IMG/VR virus record: IMGVR_UViG_3300012942_000018
Span: 1 to 42,555 of that record
Reading direction: 5' to 3' (one strand)
Length of the DNA: 42,555 nucleotides
DNA from: a virus
Taxonomy: Duplodnaviria; Caudoviricetes
The position numbers and the translations under genes were made by a program. The notes under the pieces were generated by a model. That model had not been told where the DNA came from. It saw only the letters and a program-made list of their open reading frames with translations, and ran no database searches. Of this stretch, positions 8,214-16,806 are shown piece after piece (position 1 is the first letter of the stretch; every line of letters begins with the position of its first letter).

Positions 8214-8566
8214 TGGCCTTTCTTCGCCCTGGGTCTATCCGGATCTACCGTTCCGTCGAGGGGCACGGGACGCCTCCGGGGATCGAGGCTTACCCGTTTC
8301 AGGATTTGGCGATCGAGGTTGAGGCTTATGACTATCACTGGCTTGAGCTTGCGCGCTACGGGGCTTTCGTAGCCCGTCTAGACGGGCAGTCTGTCAGGTC
8401 GTGGAGGCGTGCGGGTGACATCAAGCACGAATGGGATGTAACGCCTCTAGGGGCTGAGGTAGCTCAGCTCCGGCGTGAAGGCCCTGACACCCTAACCGCC
8501 CCATGCGGTGAGTGCGGAAATCCTCTGGCAACCCATCGATGCGACTTCGCGGGGGCTGCAGAATGA
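8213..8566 (+). CDS. Hypothetical protein
   Basis: TAATG coupling. Confidence 0.7.
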   Translation: MAFLRPGSIRIYRSVEGHGTPPGIEAYPFQDLAIEVEAYDYHWLELARYGAFVARLDGQSVRSWRRAGDIKHEWDVTPLGAEVAQLRREGPDTLTAPCGECGNPLATHRCDFAGAAE

Positions 8567-8925
8567 GCGAGCGCGTAACACTGTACGTGTCAGGGCCAAT
8601 GACTCTCTACCCGGACTTTAACTATCCGGAGTTCCGTAAGGTGTCTGCGGCTTTGCGCGCGGATGGCTGGACTGTAATTGATCCGTCTGAGTTCTTCGGG
8701 GGCCGGACGGATCTACCGCGGCACAAGTACCTTGCGGCTGATGTTGCCTCACTGATCGATAACGCCCGGGGGATTGTGCTTCTTATGGGCTGGTCACTGT
8801 CTGAAGGCGCGAAGCTTGAAGCCCAGATAGCACTAGACCGGGGATACGTTCTTTTCACATGGATTTCTGGAATAGGGATCGTGCCTATCGCCCGCGAATA
8901 TGTGGAGGCATTTCTTAATGACTGA
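8563..8925 (+). CDS. DUF4406 / nucleoside 2-deoxyribosyltransferase-like protein
   Basis: YVSGPMT...FNYPEF...P.E...D...L.GW..SEGAKLE; ATGA coupling at 8563. Confidence 0.85.
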   Translation: MSERVTLYVSGPMTLYPDFNYPEFRKVSAALRADGWTVIDPSEFFGGRTDLPRHKYLAADVASLIDNARGIVLLMGWSLSEGAKLEAQIALDRGYVLFTWISGIGIVPIAREYVEAFLND

Positions 8926-9229
8926 CTGGGGCGCGGAACGGAATGACGTTCTTAACCGTTTCGCTACGGAGCTTGCGAAGGCTACGGGTGATGGTTCGAA
9001 GAAGCGTCAGGCGGGCGGTAAGCCACCGTGGTATGTAGACGACTCCCACGAAGCAGCGATCTTTTCCCATCTTATGAAGTGGAAGCGCGGAGAACTTACA
9101 GACCCTGACTCCGGGGCTCATCCGCTGGTTCATGCGGCCTGGCGCTGCCTGGCTATTGCGTGCCGTGAGACCGGGAACGTGCCAGAGCCCGAGTCGCCCG
9201 CACCGGTCGAATCCAAGGCGGCCGGATGA
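8918..9229 (+). CDS. dATP/dGTP diphosphohydrolase-like (DUF5664) protein
   Basis: G.KK...W...HL.KW..GE..DPDSG.HPLVHAAWRCL. Confidence 0.8.
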   Translation: MTDWGAERNDVLNRFATELAKATGDGSKKRQAGGKPPWYVDDSHEAAIFSHLMKWKRGELTDPDSGAHPLVHAAWRCLAIACRETGNVPEPESPAPVESKAAG

Positions 9230-9399
9230 TCTGCGACCCATGCCGTAAAGCCGGATCGTTCCTGAAGGCCGCGAACCTTGCGGCCACGGACAGCTTTCGC
9301 GCACTCGCGTTCGGGACCGTACAAGACTTGCACGCGACTTGCGAGGCTCCCCTTACCTGCCCGTGCCATCACAGAACCGAATCGGTCTTGAGGCCCTAG
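9226..9399 (+). CDS. Small Cys/His protein (57 aa)
   Basis: ATGA coupling; MICDPC...H..C....CPCHHR. Confidence 0.65.
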   Translation: MICDPCRKAGSFLKAANLAATDSFRALAFGTVQDLHATCEAPLTCPCHHRTESVLRP

Positions 9400-9401
9400 A
9401 C

Positions 9402-9660
9402 GCCTTCACCGCCCTCCGGGTTTACATCCGGGGTGCGGTGATACCCGTTCGGGTGACAAGCCTGAAGGGCTTCGAGGCCGAATCGTTACCTGATCGTGTA
9501 AACCGATCAGCCGGTATGACAACGTTGTGTTTTCGCAGGTTGATTAGCTTGCGTAAGCATACTTAGACACGCTACGGTCACCGTATCGTTCCGCGACAGA
9601 AGCCCCTCAGCTTCCCCCTTCCCCCGGTACGACTCCTAAACCTCAGACGTTAAAAAGGAC
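9402..9660. ncRNA. Candidate structured RNA or leader
   Basis: Six hairpins in a gap of otherwise gene-dense DNA; two hairpin loops are complementary. Confidence 0.5.
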
Positions 9661-9667
9661 TGTAAAC

Positions 9668-10309
9668 GTGACAACCCTCAAGCTTCACCCGTGGGCCTCA
9701 ACCCCCGAAGCTGTCTCGGCGGCCCGCAAGGCCGTTCAGATCCCGCTGAGCATGATGACTGGGAAGGCGTTGCTGGTCGGAACCGATGAGCTGCACAGCG
9801 AGGCACTCAAGATCCTCGCGGAGTGTGCCCTGCCGCACCGGGAGCCTGAAGAGACTGTGTGCGCTACATGCTCCGGGAGTCTTGAAGGCGTCCGTGCTGG
9901 GGCGAAGTTTTGCACCCCAAAGTGCCGGATGGCATACGCCAAAAAGGTTCAGCGTAAGAAGCATGAGGCGTTGCCCCCGCGTGACCTCGGGCACGTTGGG
10001 TCAATGTGGGAGTGGCCTGAGACTGACATGTCTAAGTACGCTATCCGTCAGATCGGCTACTGCCTGAACAACTACCTCAGATCATGCACCTACGGCATTG
10101 AAACCCCAGTCAGCTACGAAGCCGTCGTAAAGAACTCAGCAGACATGTACGCCCCAGAGACCGATGAGACCCCAGCCGACATCCTGTCATGCTGGCTCGA
10201 AACCCGCGGGGTACAGACCACCGGAGACGAATCGTTCGAAGAACTCGCTGAGGCTGTCAAGCATGTTCGCGGAGACTGGCGAGACCCTGTAGAGCTGCTA
10301 GTCGCCTGA
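9668..10309 (+). CDS. Zinc-ribbon protein, possibly sigma region-2-like
   Basis: CATC...AKFCTPKCR between DELHSEALKIL and SKYAIRQIGYCLNNYLR; AAGGA RBS. Confidence 0.6.
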   Translation: MTTLKLHPWASTPEAVSAARKAVQIPLSMMTGKALLVGTDELHSEALKILAECALPHREPEETVCATCSGSLEGVRAGAKFCTPKCRMAYAKKVQRKKHEALPPRDLGHVGSMWEWPETDMSKYAIRQIGYCLNNYLRSCTYGIETPVSYEAVVKNSADMYAPETDETPADILSCWLETRGVQTTGDESFEELAEAVKHVRGDWRDPVELLVA

Positions 10310-10324
10310 ATCCTGTAAGACCTG

Positions 10325-10360
10325 AAGGCCCCTCAGACCTTAACGTCTGAGGGGCCTTTT
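10325..10360 (+). terminator. Intrinsic terminator
   Basis: 14-bp stem AAGGCCCCTCAGAC/GTCTGAGGGGCCTT plus T run. Confidence 0.85.
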
Positions 10361-10383
10361 CGTTTCAAGCGGGCTCTGCCCGT

Positions 10384-10397
10384 GTCATCGCTTACAG
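10384..10397 (+). promoter_or_regulatory. Phage motif GTCATCGCTTACAG
   Basis: After a terminator, 7 nt before ATG 10405. Confidence 0.85.
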
Positions 10398-10404
10398 CAG
10401 GGGC

Positions 10405-10773
10405 ATGAACATCCGCACCCCAAGAATCCTCCGGAAGCGTCAGGCCGCTAAGCACCGCTACGACGCAACCGCCGTAGAAACCATGACGTTCGGGGCCATC
10501 CCAGATCCGGACTGGGAAGACACACTTGACGGGCGTCGGGTCCGTCATCTGTACGATGAGGCTCTGAGGCTCAGGCGCGACGGGCTTTACGGGGACCACT
10601 GGGTTATGGGCGCACGATCTTACGATGCGCTTCTCAGTCTCCGTGACCGTTACGGGGTCCGGATGATCCCTGAAGGCCCTGGTCCCGTGTCCCTTCTCGG
10701 CTACCGGATCGAGGTCATCCCGGGCGCGGGGGCTCCTGCCCTTCTTCCCCGTCAGATCGAGTACGTCGTATGA
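10405..10773 (+). CDS. Hypothetical protein
   Basis: 122 aa; ATGA coupling downstream. Confidence 0.75.
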   Translation: MNIRTPRILRKRQAAKHRYDATAVETMTFGAIPDPDWEDTLDGRRVRHLYDEALRLRRDGLYGDHWVMGARSYDALLSLRDRYGVRMIPEGPGPVSLLGYRIEVIPGAGAPALLPRQIEYVV

Positions 10774-11381
10774 CCCCCGACTTCGGGAAGCTCGACCGGG
10801 GGCTACTGGTTGCGGTAATAGTTAGCATCCTTACCGTTGTAGGCGTCAACTTCACCACGTCTTACGGGCATATCTACCTCGAAGGCCTGGCGTACGGAGA
10901 GTACGGGGTTGACGCACGCCTGACACCTATCGGCATCGATGCGTTCCTTCTCGCGCTAGGTCTTGTGAACGTATTCGCCGCAAGGTTCGAACGGTCTCAC
11001 TGGCTGCTGAGGGTCGCACTCGGCTTCGGGGTCGCAGGGACTGTAGCGGCTAACGCAGCGTACGGCGCTAACTGGGGAATGACCGGAGGGCTTCTAGCGA
11101 CGTGGAGCCCGGTAGCGCTCTTCATCGTGGTCGAGGCTGGACTGTACGCCTTCCGGATCGTCGCGGAACGTAAGGCCGCCCAGGACAAAGCCCAGAAAGC
11201 CGCAGAGACCCCCAAGCGCGGAAGGCCCGTCGGCTCTAAGAACAGCACGCCCCGCAAGAAGGCCCCTGTAGAGCCCCAGAAGGGCGTTTACGACGGGCCA
11301 GACGTTACCGCTATCGTCCCCCCAGTCACAGACCCAGTAGACGTTCTCAACCCCTTCCACAACCTTCCGCAAGCATCCTAA
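10770..11381 (+). CDS. DUF2637-like membrane protein
   Basis: Four TM segments with SYGHI, PIGID, ANA and WSPVAL motifs; basic Pro-rich tail. Confidence 0.75.
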   Translation: MTPDFGKLDRGLLVAVIVSILTVVGVNFTTSYGHIYLEGLAYGEYGVDARLTPIGIDAFLLALGLVNVFAARFERSHWLLRVALGFGVAGTVAANAAYGANWGMTGGLLATWSPVALFIVVEAGLYAFRIVAERKAAQDKAQKAAETPKRGRPVGSKNSTPRKKAPVEPQKGVYDGPDVTAIVPPVTDPVDVLNPFHNLPQAS

Positions 11382-11391
11382 GGAACCCCTC

Positions 11392-12030
11392 ATGACAAGC
11401 TTTGAAACCGAAGCCGCCAACCTTCTTATCCAGTACAAGAAAGTTGTTGACTTCGCTATCGCAAAGAACTACCGCAAGTGGAAGGGTTACCTGATCGCCC
11501 GTGGGGACTTCGCGGCGTTCCAACGTGAAGACATTGAACAGTTCGCCCGCGAAGGAATGCTCATCCTTGGGGGTCTGATCCCTAACACTAAGCGTGTATC
11601 GATCAGCGGGACGCTTCAGAAGCTTGAGGCGGAAGGCGGGGAGCGCTACGTACAAGCAGCGCTCGACCAGTTTGTAGCCGAAGAGCTGTCAAGGACTTCG
11701 AAATCATTCCGGGCTGCGAGTCGCGGGGGGCCGGTTGAGTCTCATCCGCTGTCGATCGAGCGTGAACTAGAACGCGCTGACAGCATGGATGAAGTAGCCC
11801 AGACATGGGTTAACGGTCAGCTTCCCGGAGAGGTCTCGCCCGATGGGGCTGCGATCCGTGAGCGCTTCCCGATCCTCTGCCTTATGGAACTTGACGGTAA
11901 GACGTGGAGAGAAGCCGCAGAGGCGCTAGGTATCAAGCCCTACGTTTACACAAAGCGCAGGCGCGCAGAGCTTGAAGACTTCAAGGCGTGGGCTGTCGCT
12001 AACCGCAGGGTTCTTGCGGATGCCGCCTAA
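11392..12030 (+). CDS. Phage sigma70-like transcription factor
   Basis: Region 2-like EDIEQFAREGML; region 4-like HTH LMELDGKTWREAAEALGI. Confidence 0.65.
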   Translation: MTSFETEAANLLIQYKKVVDFAIAKNYRKWKGYLIARGDFAAFQREDIEQFAREGMLILGGLIPNTKRVSISGTLQKLEAEGGERYVQAALDQFVAEELSRTSKSFRAASRGGPVESHPLSIERELERADSMDEVAQTWVNGQLPGEVSPDGAAIRERFPILCLMELDGKTWREAAEALGIKPYVYTKRRRAELEDFKAWAVANRRVLADAA

Positions 12031-12043
12031 CCCCAGACATGAC

Positions 12044-12083
12044 GAAGCCCCCGGGACCGCCGAGTCCCGGGGGCTTCTTTTTT
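12044..12083. terminator. Terminator between convergent genes
   Basis: 14-bp stem GAAGCCCCCGGGAC/GTCCCGGGGGCTTC plus T6. Confidence 0.9.
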
Positions 12084-12088
12084 AAGGT

Positions 12089-12406
12089 TCAGGCCCTCAG
12101 CGCCCCCGCAACCCGAGGGGCTAGCTCAGCAAGAGCGCTGATCAAGTGTTCCTGAACCTCTCGCCCTCCGGTGTTCCACGCCGGAAGGCTGTCTAGGGTC
12201 TCACGGGCCTTACAGACCTTCGCGTCAAGATCCGCTTCGTAAGCGTCGATCTCATGCTCAAGAGTCTCAAGGTCCGGGCAGTCGGTCAGGGCTGCAACCA
12301 AAGCCCCTACAGGCCTCGCAGACCAGGAGACCGGGCCGTACAGGGGCGCAACCGCCCAAACCTCCCAGCCTCGCATCTCAACAATCCCTGCGTCTTGTAT
12401 CCCCAT
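12089..12406 (-). CDS. Hypothetical protein divergent from the GntR gene
   Basis: ATG lies 8 nt after a -10 box. Confidence 0.75.
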   Translation of the reverse strand: MGIQDAGIVEMRGWEVWAVAPLYGPVSWSARPVGALVAALTDCPDLETLEHEIDAYEADLDAKVCKARETLDSLPAWNTGGREVQEHLISALAELAPRVAGALRA

Positions 12407-12414
12407 AACCCCAG

Positions 12415-12443
12415 ATACTAGGTCACCTAGTCTACCTAGGCAA
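12415..12443 (-). promoter_or_regulatory. Promoter TTGCCT-17-TAGTAT with operator CTAGGTCACCTAG (12418-12430)
   Basis: Exact 17-bp spacing; palindrome recurs at 35562 and 36575. Confidence 0.8.
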
Positions 12444-12486
12444 ACCTCTCAGGTTAGGCCCCCTAGTCCGTGGCTATGTTCGGGTT

Positions 12487-12747
12487 GTGGCAAGTGATGA
12501 CCTCGACCTGACCAGCGTTCCGCGCTACCGTCAGATCGCCGCACGGGTCGAGGCTGAGATACGCGCGGGCGTATGGGCACCCGGAACCCCAGCGCCGTCT
12601 AAGAACGCGCTGGTTCAGAGGTATGGGGTCGCGGGGGAGACGGCGAGAAAAGCCCAGGCGCTCCTAGCGGATCTGGGCTATCTCGTTTCCGTTCCCGGGG
12701 TCGGTATGGTCGTCACGCCCCGGGAGCAGTGGCCAGAACAGGAGTGA
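12487..12747 (+). CDS. GntR-family winged-helix regulator (DNA-binding domain only)
   Basis: PRYRQIA...I..G...PG...PS...L...YGVA..TARKA...L...G.....PGVG..V. Confidence 0.92.
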   Translation: MASDDLDLTSVPRYRQIAARVEAEIRAGVWAPGTPAPSKNALVQRYGVAGETARKAQALLADLGYLVSVPGVGMVVTPREQWPEQE

Positions 12748-14134
12748 CGTTCTGGTCCGCTGCGATCGCATCCCCGATCAGGCTCTTGCCGTCTTCACGC
12801 CACGGGCCTTCAATCCGGACCCGGCCTCCGCGCCGGGCGTACACGCGCCAGCGCGTCAGCTCATCACGCTTCTCAGCGGGGCTCAGGCCTTGCCAGTGCT
12901 GACCGACTGTGATCCCTGAGTCAACCCGGATCAGCTCGGCTTTGCGCTCTGAAGGGCCGATCGCCATAGCCTCTTGCGCCAACTGGGCGACCAGAAGGTA
13001 ATCCCCGGCTTCTTGCGCGACCCGGATCTTCTCATTGATGAGCGCACGGGCCTCTGACGTGTCATCGCCCGGAACGAACTTCGTTTCAGGATGCGGGCGG
13101 GTATCCGCCGCCATATGCCGGTCGATCGCCTCATCAAGCAACGGAACAGGGATCACCGGAGCCCCGCAGCCCTTACGGACGGGACCAGTCCCACGGCAGT
13201 AGTAATACCTGTATGTGCGGCCCTGACGGTTCGTCGTCGTGGAGATATACATAGGGGAGACCCCATCCGGGCAGCCCTCGCGCTGGACGCCCAGGCACTC
13301 ATCACAGACCGGGATGACGAACCGCGGTTCCCCCTTCAGAACCCCACGGCCTCCGTTCGAACGGGTCTTCACGGCCAGGTTCGCCTTCTGCCAAAGCTCG
13401 ACCGGAACAAGCGGTTCAAACTTCATGTTGGGGTTGCCTCGCATCGAACCGTGATACGTCGGGTTGGCGATCAGGCGCGCGAGGGTCGTCATGTCCCAGA
13501 CGCCTTTACGTGCGGGGGACGGAACGCCCCGGAGTATGTCTGAGATCGTCCGTAGGGTCTTGCCTTCCGCAGCAGCATGGAACACCAGGGGAACCCATTT
13601 GCGTCCGAGCGGTGAGGGTTTGATGCCGACCCGAACGTCATCACGCATGACAGGCTCATAACCCCAGGGGACAGAGCCCACGAGTTCCCCGCGTGCCCGC
13701 TTCGCAGCGTTCCCCTGCACCTTCCGGTCTTGCTTGATCTCAGATTCTTTCTTGGCCAGGTCGAAGAAGAGGCCGATGAGCCCGGGTTGTTCCGTCAGGT
13801 ACTCTTGCTCGCTGAACTCGACCCGGGCTCCGGCGTCCATGATTTTCTTCAGGAGATCGAAGCCTTCGAAGACGCCTTCACGGCTTGAACGGTCAACATG
13901 CCGGAAGATCACGATGGACGCCTGGCCGTTCCTGACGTGTTTGTCTACGGCGGCCAGAATGTGTTTGACGTGCTTGCCGTGGAAGGCTGAGCGCCCGTGA
14001 ACCGGAATCATCTCATCAAGCGTGTAGCCCTTGCGGTCTGCGTAGGCCTGAAGGCCGGGGCGCTGGTCTTCTTCGTGCTGCTTCATGGATGAGACGCGGG
14101 CGATCGCTATAGCGTGCTCAGTCATGTCTGACAT
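12713..14134 (-). CDS. int: Large serine integrase
   Basis: ARVSS catalytic motif, DRSSR, PWGY recombinase domain, NPTYHG, Cys zinc ribbon YYYC...C. Confidence 0.95.
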   Translation of the reverse strand: MSDMTEHAIAIARVSSMKQHEEDQRPGLQAYADRKGYTLDEMIPVHGRSAFHGKHVKHILAAVDKHVRNGQASIVIFRHVDRSSREGVFEGFDLLKKIMDAGARVEFSEQEYLTEQPGLIGLFFDLAKKESEIKQDRKVQGNAAKRARGELVGSVPWGYEPVMRDDVRVGIKPSPLGRKWVPLVFHAAAEGKTLRTISDILRGVPSPARKGVWDMTTLARLIANPTYHGSMRGNPNMKFEPLVPVELWQKANLAVKTRSNGGRGVLKGEPRFVIPVCDECLGVQREGCPDGVSPMYISTTTNRQGRTYRYYYCRGTGPVRKGCGAPVIPVPLLDEAIDRHMAADTRPHPETKFVPGDDTSEARALINEKIRVAQEAGDYLLVAQLAQEAMAIGPSERKAELIRVDSGITVGQHWQGLSPAEKRDELTRWRVYARRGGRVRIEGPWREDGKSLIGDAIAADQNVTPVLATAPGA

Positions 14135-14140
14135 CCTAGC

Positions 14141-14188
14141 GTCTTGACTGCTCGAACTCTGTCAAGAACAAGTTAGCGCAGTCTAGAC
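14141..14188. other. Putative attP (48 bp, central AA/TT at 14164-14165)
   Basis: Dyad GTCTTGACTGC...AACT...AGTT...GCAGTCTAGAC directly upstream of int. Confidence 0.75.
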
Positions 14189-14201
14189 AGAAGCGCAACG
14201 C

Positions 14202-14259
14202 AAAAGCCCCTACGCCGTGGAGGTTCCCGTACATGGGGAGCCGTGGAGCGCAGGGGCTT
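14202..14259 (-). terminator. Terminator-like hairpin ending the left-arm transcript
   Basis: AAGCCCCT/AGGGGCTT outer stem, inner stem, T run on the minus strand. Confidence 0.55.
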
Positions 14260-14261
14260 GG

Positions 14262-14453
14262 TCAGAGCGTCTTGAGATCAGGTCCGAAGGTCTCCATCGC
14301 TTCCTGAACCCCGAACAGTTCCGCGTAAACGTTGATAGCTGCTTGCCTCGTAACCTCGCCTAGATCCATCTCACGGCGCAGCACCATGACAAGGTTTCCC
14401 TTCAGGTCCTCCGTGACATCGCCAGTATCTCGACCCTCAGTCATTCGGGTCAC
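14262..14453 (-). CDS. Hypothetical protein
   Basis: 63 aa; AAGGGA RBS. Confidence 0.6.
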   Translation of the reverse strand: MTRMTEGRDTGDVTEDLKGNLVMVLRREMDLGEVTRQAAINVYAELFGVQEAMETFGPDLKTL

Positions 14454-14658
14454 TTCCCTTCGCGGTCGCGAAGGTCTGTCGGCGCAGACCCCCGTTCCTC
14501 ATGAATGGTAGCAACCCCACGTCTGAACCGCCAAAAAACTTTCGAAACGAAGCCAAGCGTTCGGTAGCCGCCGTACAGCAAACTTTCTTAAAGAGACCTG
14601 AAGAAACGCAAAAGCCCCTCATGCCCGGAGACCCGAAGGGCTTTTCGAACGCAAGACC

Positions 14659-14913
14659 TTAGCGGCGTACTCGCTTCACGGTAACAATACACGCGACTAC
14701 GCAAAGCAACAGAATAGCCGCCCACCATGCAACCCCGAAAAGCCCCAGCCAGAGAACCCCCAAGGTCACATACCCGATCACACGGTTAGTACGCACAGAC
14801 CTTTTACGCCGCCTGAGTCTGATCGGCTTCGAGCCATAGACCGGCCCCAGATGCCCACGGATACCAACAGGCATGAGATCCCCTCCCCTAGTTCGCTGAA
14901 CGGCATCATACAT
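14659..14913 (-). CDS. Small membrane protein
   Basis: Basic stretch followed by hydrophobic segments. Confidence 0.65.
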   Translation of the reverse strand: MYDAVQRTRGGDLMPVGIRGHLGPVYGSKPIRLRRRKRSVRTNRVIGYVTLGVLWLGLFGVAWWAAILLLCVVACIVTVKRVRR

Positions 14914-14924
14914 GCCCAGACACA

Positions 14925-14963
14925 GAAAGCCCCCCAGGTTTGGTGAAGACCTGATGGGCTTTC
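14925..14963 (-). terminator. Terminator after the lysis genes
   Basis: GAAAGCCC/GGGCTTTC stem. Confidence 0.6.
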
Positions 14964-14986
14964 CTACTGTGGGGATGCCCTGAACC

Positions 14987-15244
14987 CTACTTGTTCAGGT
15001 TCAGGCTTAGAAAGTAGCTTACACCGGCTGAGACGATCGAGCCCAGGACCGCAACATCACCAGCGGACAGGTGCAGATCGAGCGCCGCGACCAGAAGCAC
15101 CGCGACGTGAACGCCCGCTGCGACTACTGCGGACTTGTCAGACCTGACAAACCGCTGAAGGGCGCTAAGTTCCGCCTTGACTTTCGGGCTGATCTCGATC
15201 TGAGCCAGAACGTCATCCGGAACCGGGGGGGTTGTCTGTGTCAT
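14987..15244 (-). CDS. Putative holin
   Basis: Two TM helices; directly after the endolysin. Confidence 0.65.
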   Translation of the reverse strand: MTQTTPPVPDDVLAQIEISPKVKAELSALQRFVRSDKSAVVAAGVHVAVLLVAALDLHLSAGDVAVLGSIVSAGVSYFLSLNLNK

Positions 15245-16336
15245 CTAGGCCGCCTGAGGGACGAACACGATAGTTCCAACCGGGAGCCCGGTCTTCTGGG
15301 CCAGCGCAGCATCCAGAACCCCATGCGTGTAGACAGGCGCTACGGGTTCGGGGGAAGGCTCAGGAGGCGCTGAAGGCTCAGGGCTAGGTGAGGGTACCGG
15401 GGGAGCCTCTACGGGCGCGACAGGTGAGACTGTGACAGCTTCCGGGGCCTCTTCCGTCGAGGGCTCGTCGACCGTCTCAACCCCAGGCGGGTAATCGTGC
15501 AAGGCAAACAGCGCCTTCCGGGTCTTCGGACCCGCAACCCCGTCAACCGTCAGCTTCGCCCAGGCCTGAAAGTTCCTGACAGCCGTCAGAGTCTGAGCCC
15601 CGAACGACCCATCGACCGCGATACCGCGAACCCCGACGATCCCACTGTCACGAAGCATGATCTGAAGCACACGAACCGGGTCACCCGAAGAGCCTTGCTT
15701 CAGAGTCTGGTTCGGAGCCCAGTCGTTCGGGCTCAGAGGCTTGGGAGCCGGGGGCTTCGGAGGGCTAGCGGGAACAGGAGCCCCAGGGGCAGAGAAGAAG
15801 TACCCGTAACACATAGAGGCGTCAAGACTTGCGCCCTCAAAGGTTGACGTGTACTGAGTCGCATCGGCATGAGGGAACCCGCAAGTATCAGGGCCGCAAA
15901 TGTGCGCCCCGCCAGGCGCACCCTTCCACCCGTAGTGAGCGCTCCAAAGCATGTACTCGTTACGGGCGACCCCCGCAGCGGCCATAGTAGCGATAAGACT
16001 CGCAGCGCTCCCAGCCGAAACATAAAGCTTCGGATACCAGCGCAGATCCTTACCAGCCTTACCGGCCGCCTGAGTCGCCTTGAACCAGCCCGGAGCCTGA
16101 CCGATCTGGGCATCGCCCTTCTCAATGTCAAGACACTGAGCGCCCATAGCCGGATTAGCCTGAACGTCAATCGACAGCAGAAACTTACCCGAACGCCCGT
16201 ACTTCGCGACGATCGCAGGCCAGTTAGCGAACCTGCCATTCACATACCCTGCGATCGCAAAAGCCTCAGAGGCGTACTCGCCCTCAACCGTAAGATTAGT
16301 GTCATCAAGCATGAGATGAGTGCTGGTATCGACCAT
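15245..16336 (-). CDS. Endolysin (GH25-like hydrolase + peptidoglycan-binding domain + Pro-rich tail)
   Basis: LDIE, LWSAHY, ATQYT; VDGSFG.QT..AV..FQ....LTVDGVAGPKT. Confidence 0.85.
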   Translation of the reverse strand: MVDTSTHLMLDDTNLTVEGEYASEAFAIAGYVNGRFANWPAIVAKYGRSGKFLLSIDVQANPAMGAQCLDIEKGDAQIGQAPGWFKATQAAGKAGKDLRWYPKLYVSAGSAASLIATMAAAGVARNEYMLWSAHYGWKGAPGGAHICGPDTCGFPHADATQYTSTFEGASLDASMCYGYFFSAPGAPVPASPPKPPAPKPLSPNDWAPNQTLKQGSSGDPVRVLQIMLRDSGIVGVRGIAVDGSFGAQTLTAVRNFQAWAKLTVDGVAGPKTRKALFALHDYPPGVETVDEPSTEEAPEAVTVSPVAPVEAPPVPSPSPEPSAPPEPSPEPVAPVYTHGVLDAALAQKTGLPVGTIVFVPQAA

Positions 16337-16806
16337 TACGCAGCCCTTCCAAGATAGTCAGCGAGAAGCTTTAGCTTTCGCGGATCATCCGCTAGCAGCC
16401 CAATCGCAGAGTTACATTTACGATGCATGGCCGCGCGATAACAGTTACCGCAAGCCTCTGCGGCCCGGCAAGGGCAGCATGAATGATCGTGATCCACTAC
16501 AATGTCATCTACTAGCGGATCGCCACACGGACATATCCCGCCCTGCTTGATGACCAATTCGGCGCGGGCGGCATCAACTTGCGCCGTCATGCGACGATAA
16601 TACTTTCGCCTCGACTCCTTACGGGCATCCAAGCATTTCGCATTAGACCGCGCCTGTATTTCGCGCGCCTTTTCCGGGTTCTCTTGAGTCCATCGACGCG
16701 AAGACTCGATAGCTTTCTCGGACGCATGATGCCCTGAATGCCCGTCAATGCGCCCACAAACCGCCGCCACACGGGACATCAACTGACCGCATCGCTCAGC
16801 GGCCAT
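16336..16806 (-). CDS. EndoVII-type HNH homing endonuclease in the lysis cassette
   Basis: QGGIC...VDHDHSCC...CGNC.R...H.KCNSAIG. Confidence 0.85.
   Translation of the reverse strand: MAAERCGQLMSRVAAVCGRIDGHSGHHASEKAIESSRRWTQENPEKAREIQARSNAKCLDARKESRRKYYRRMTAQVDAARAELVIKQGGICPCGDPLVDDIVVDHDHSCCPCRAAEACGNCYRAAMHRKCNSAIGLLADDPRKLKLLADYLGRAA

Noticed and set aside
8918-9229. Z-genome (2-aminoadenine) pathway
   Set aside because: No PurZ or DNA polymerase found.
9402-9660. Group I intron
   Set aside because: Core P7/R/S elements not recognisable, and the flanking ORFs are each complete.
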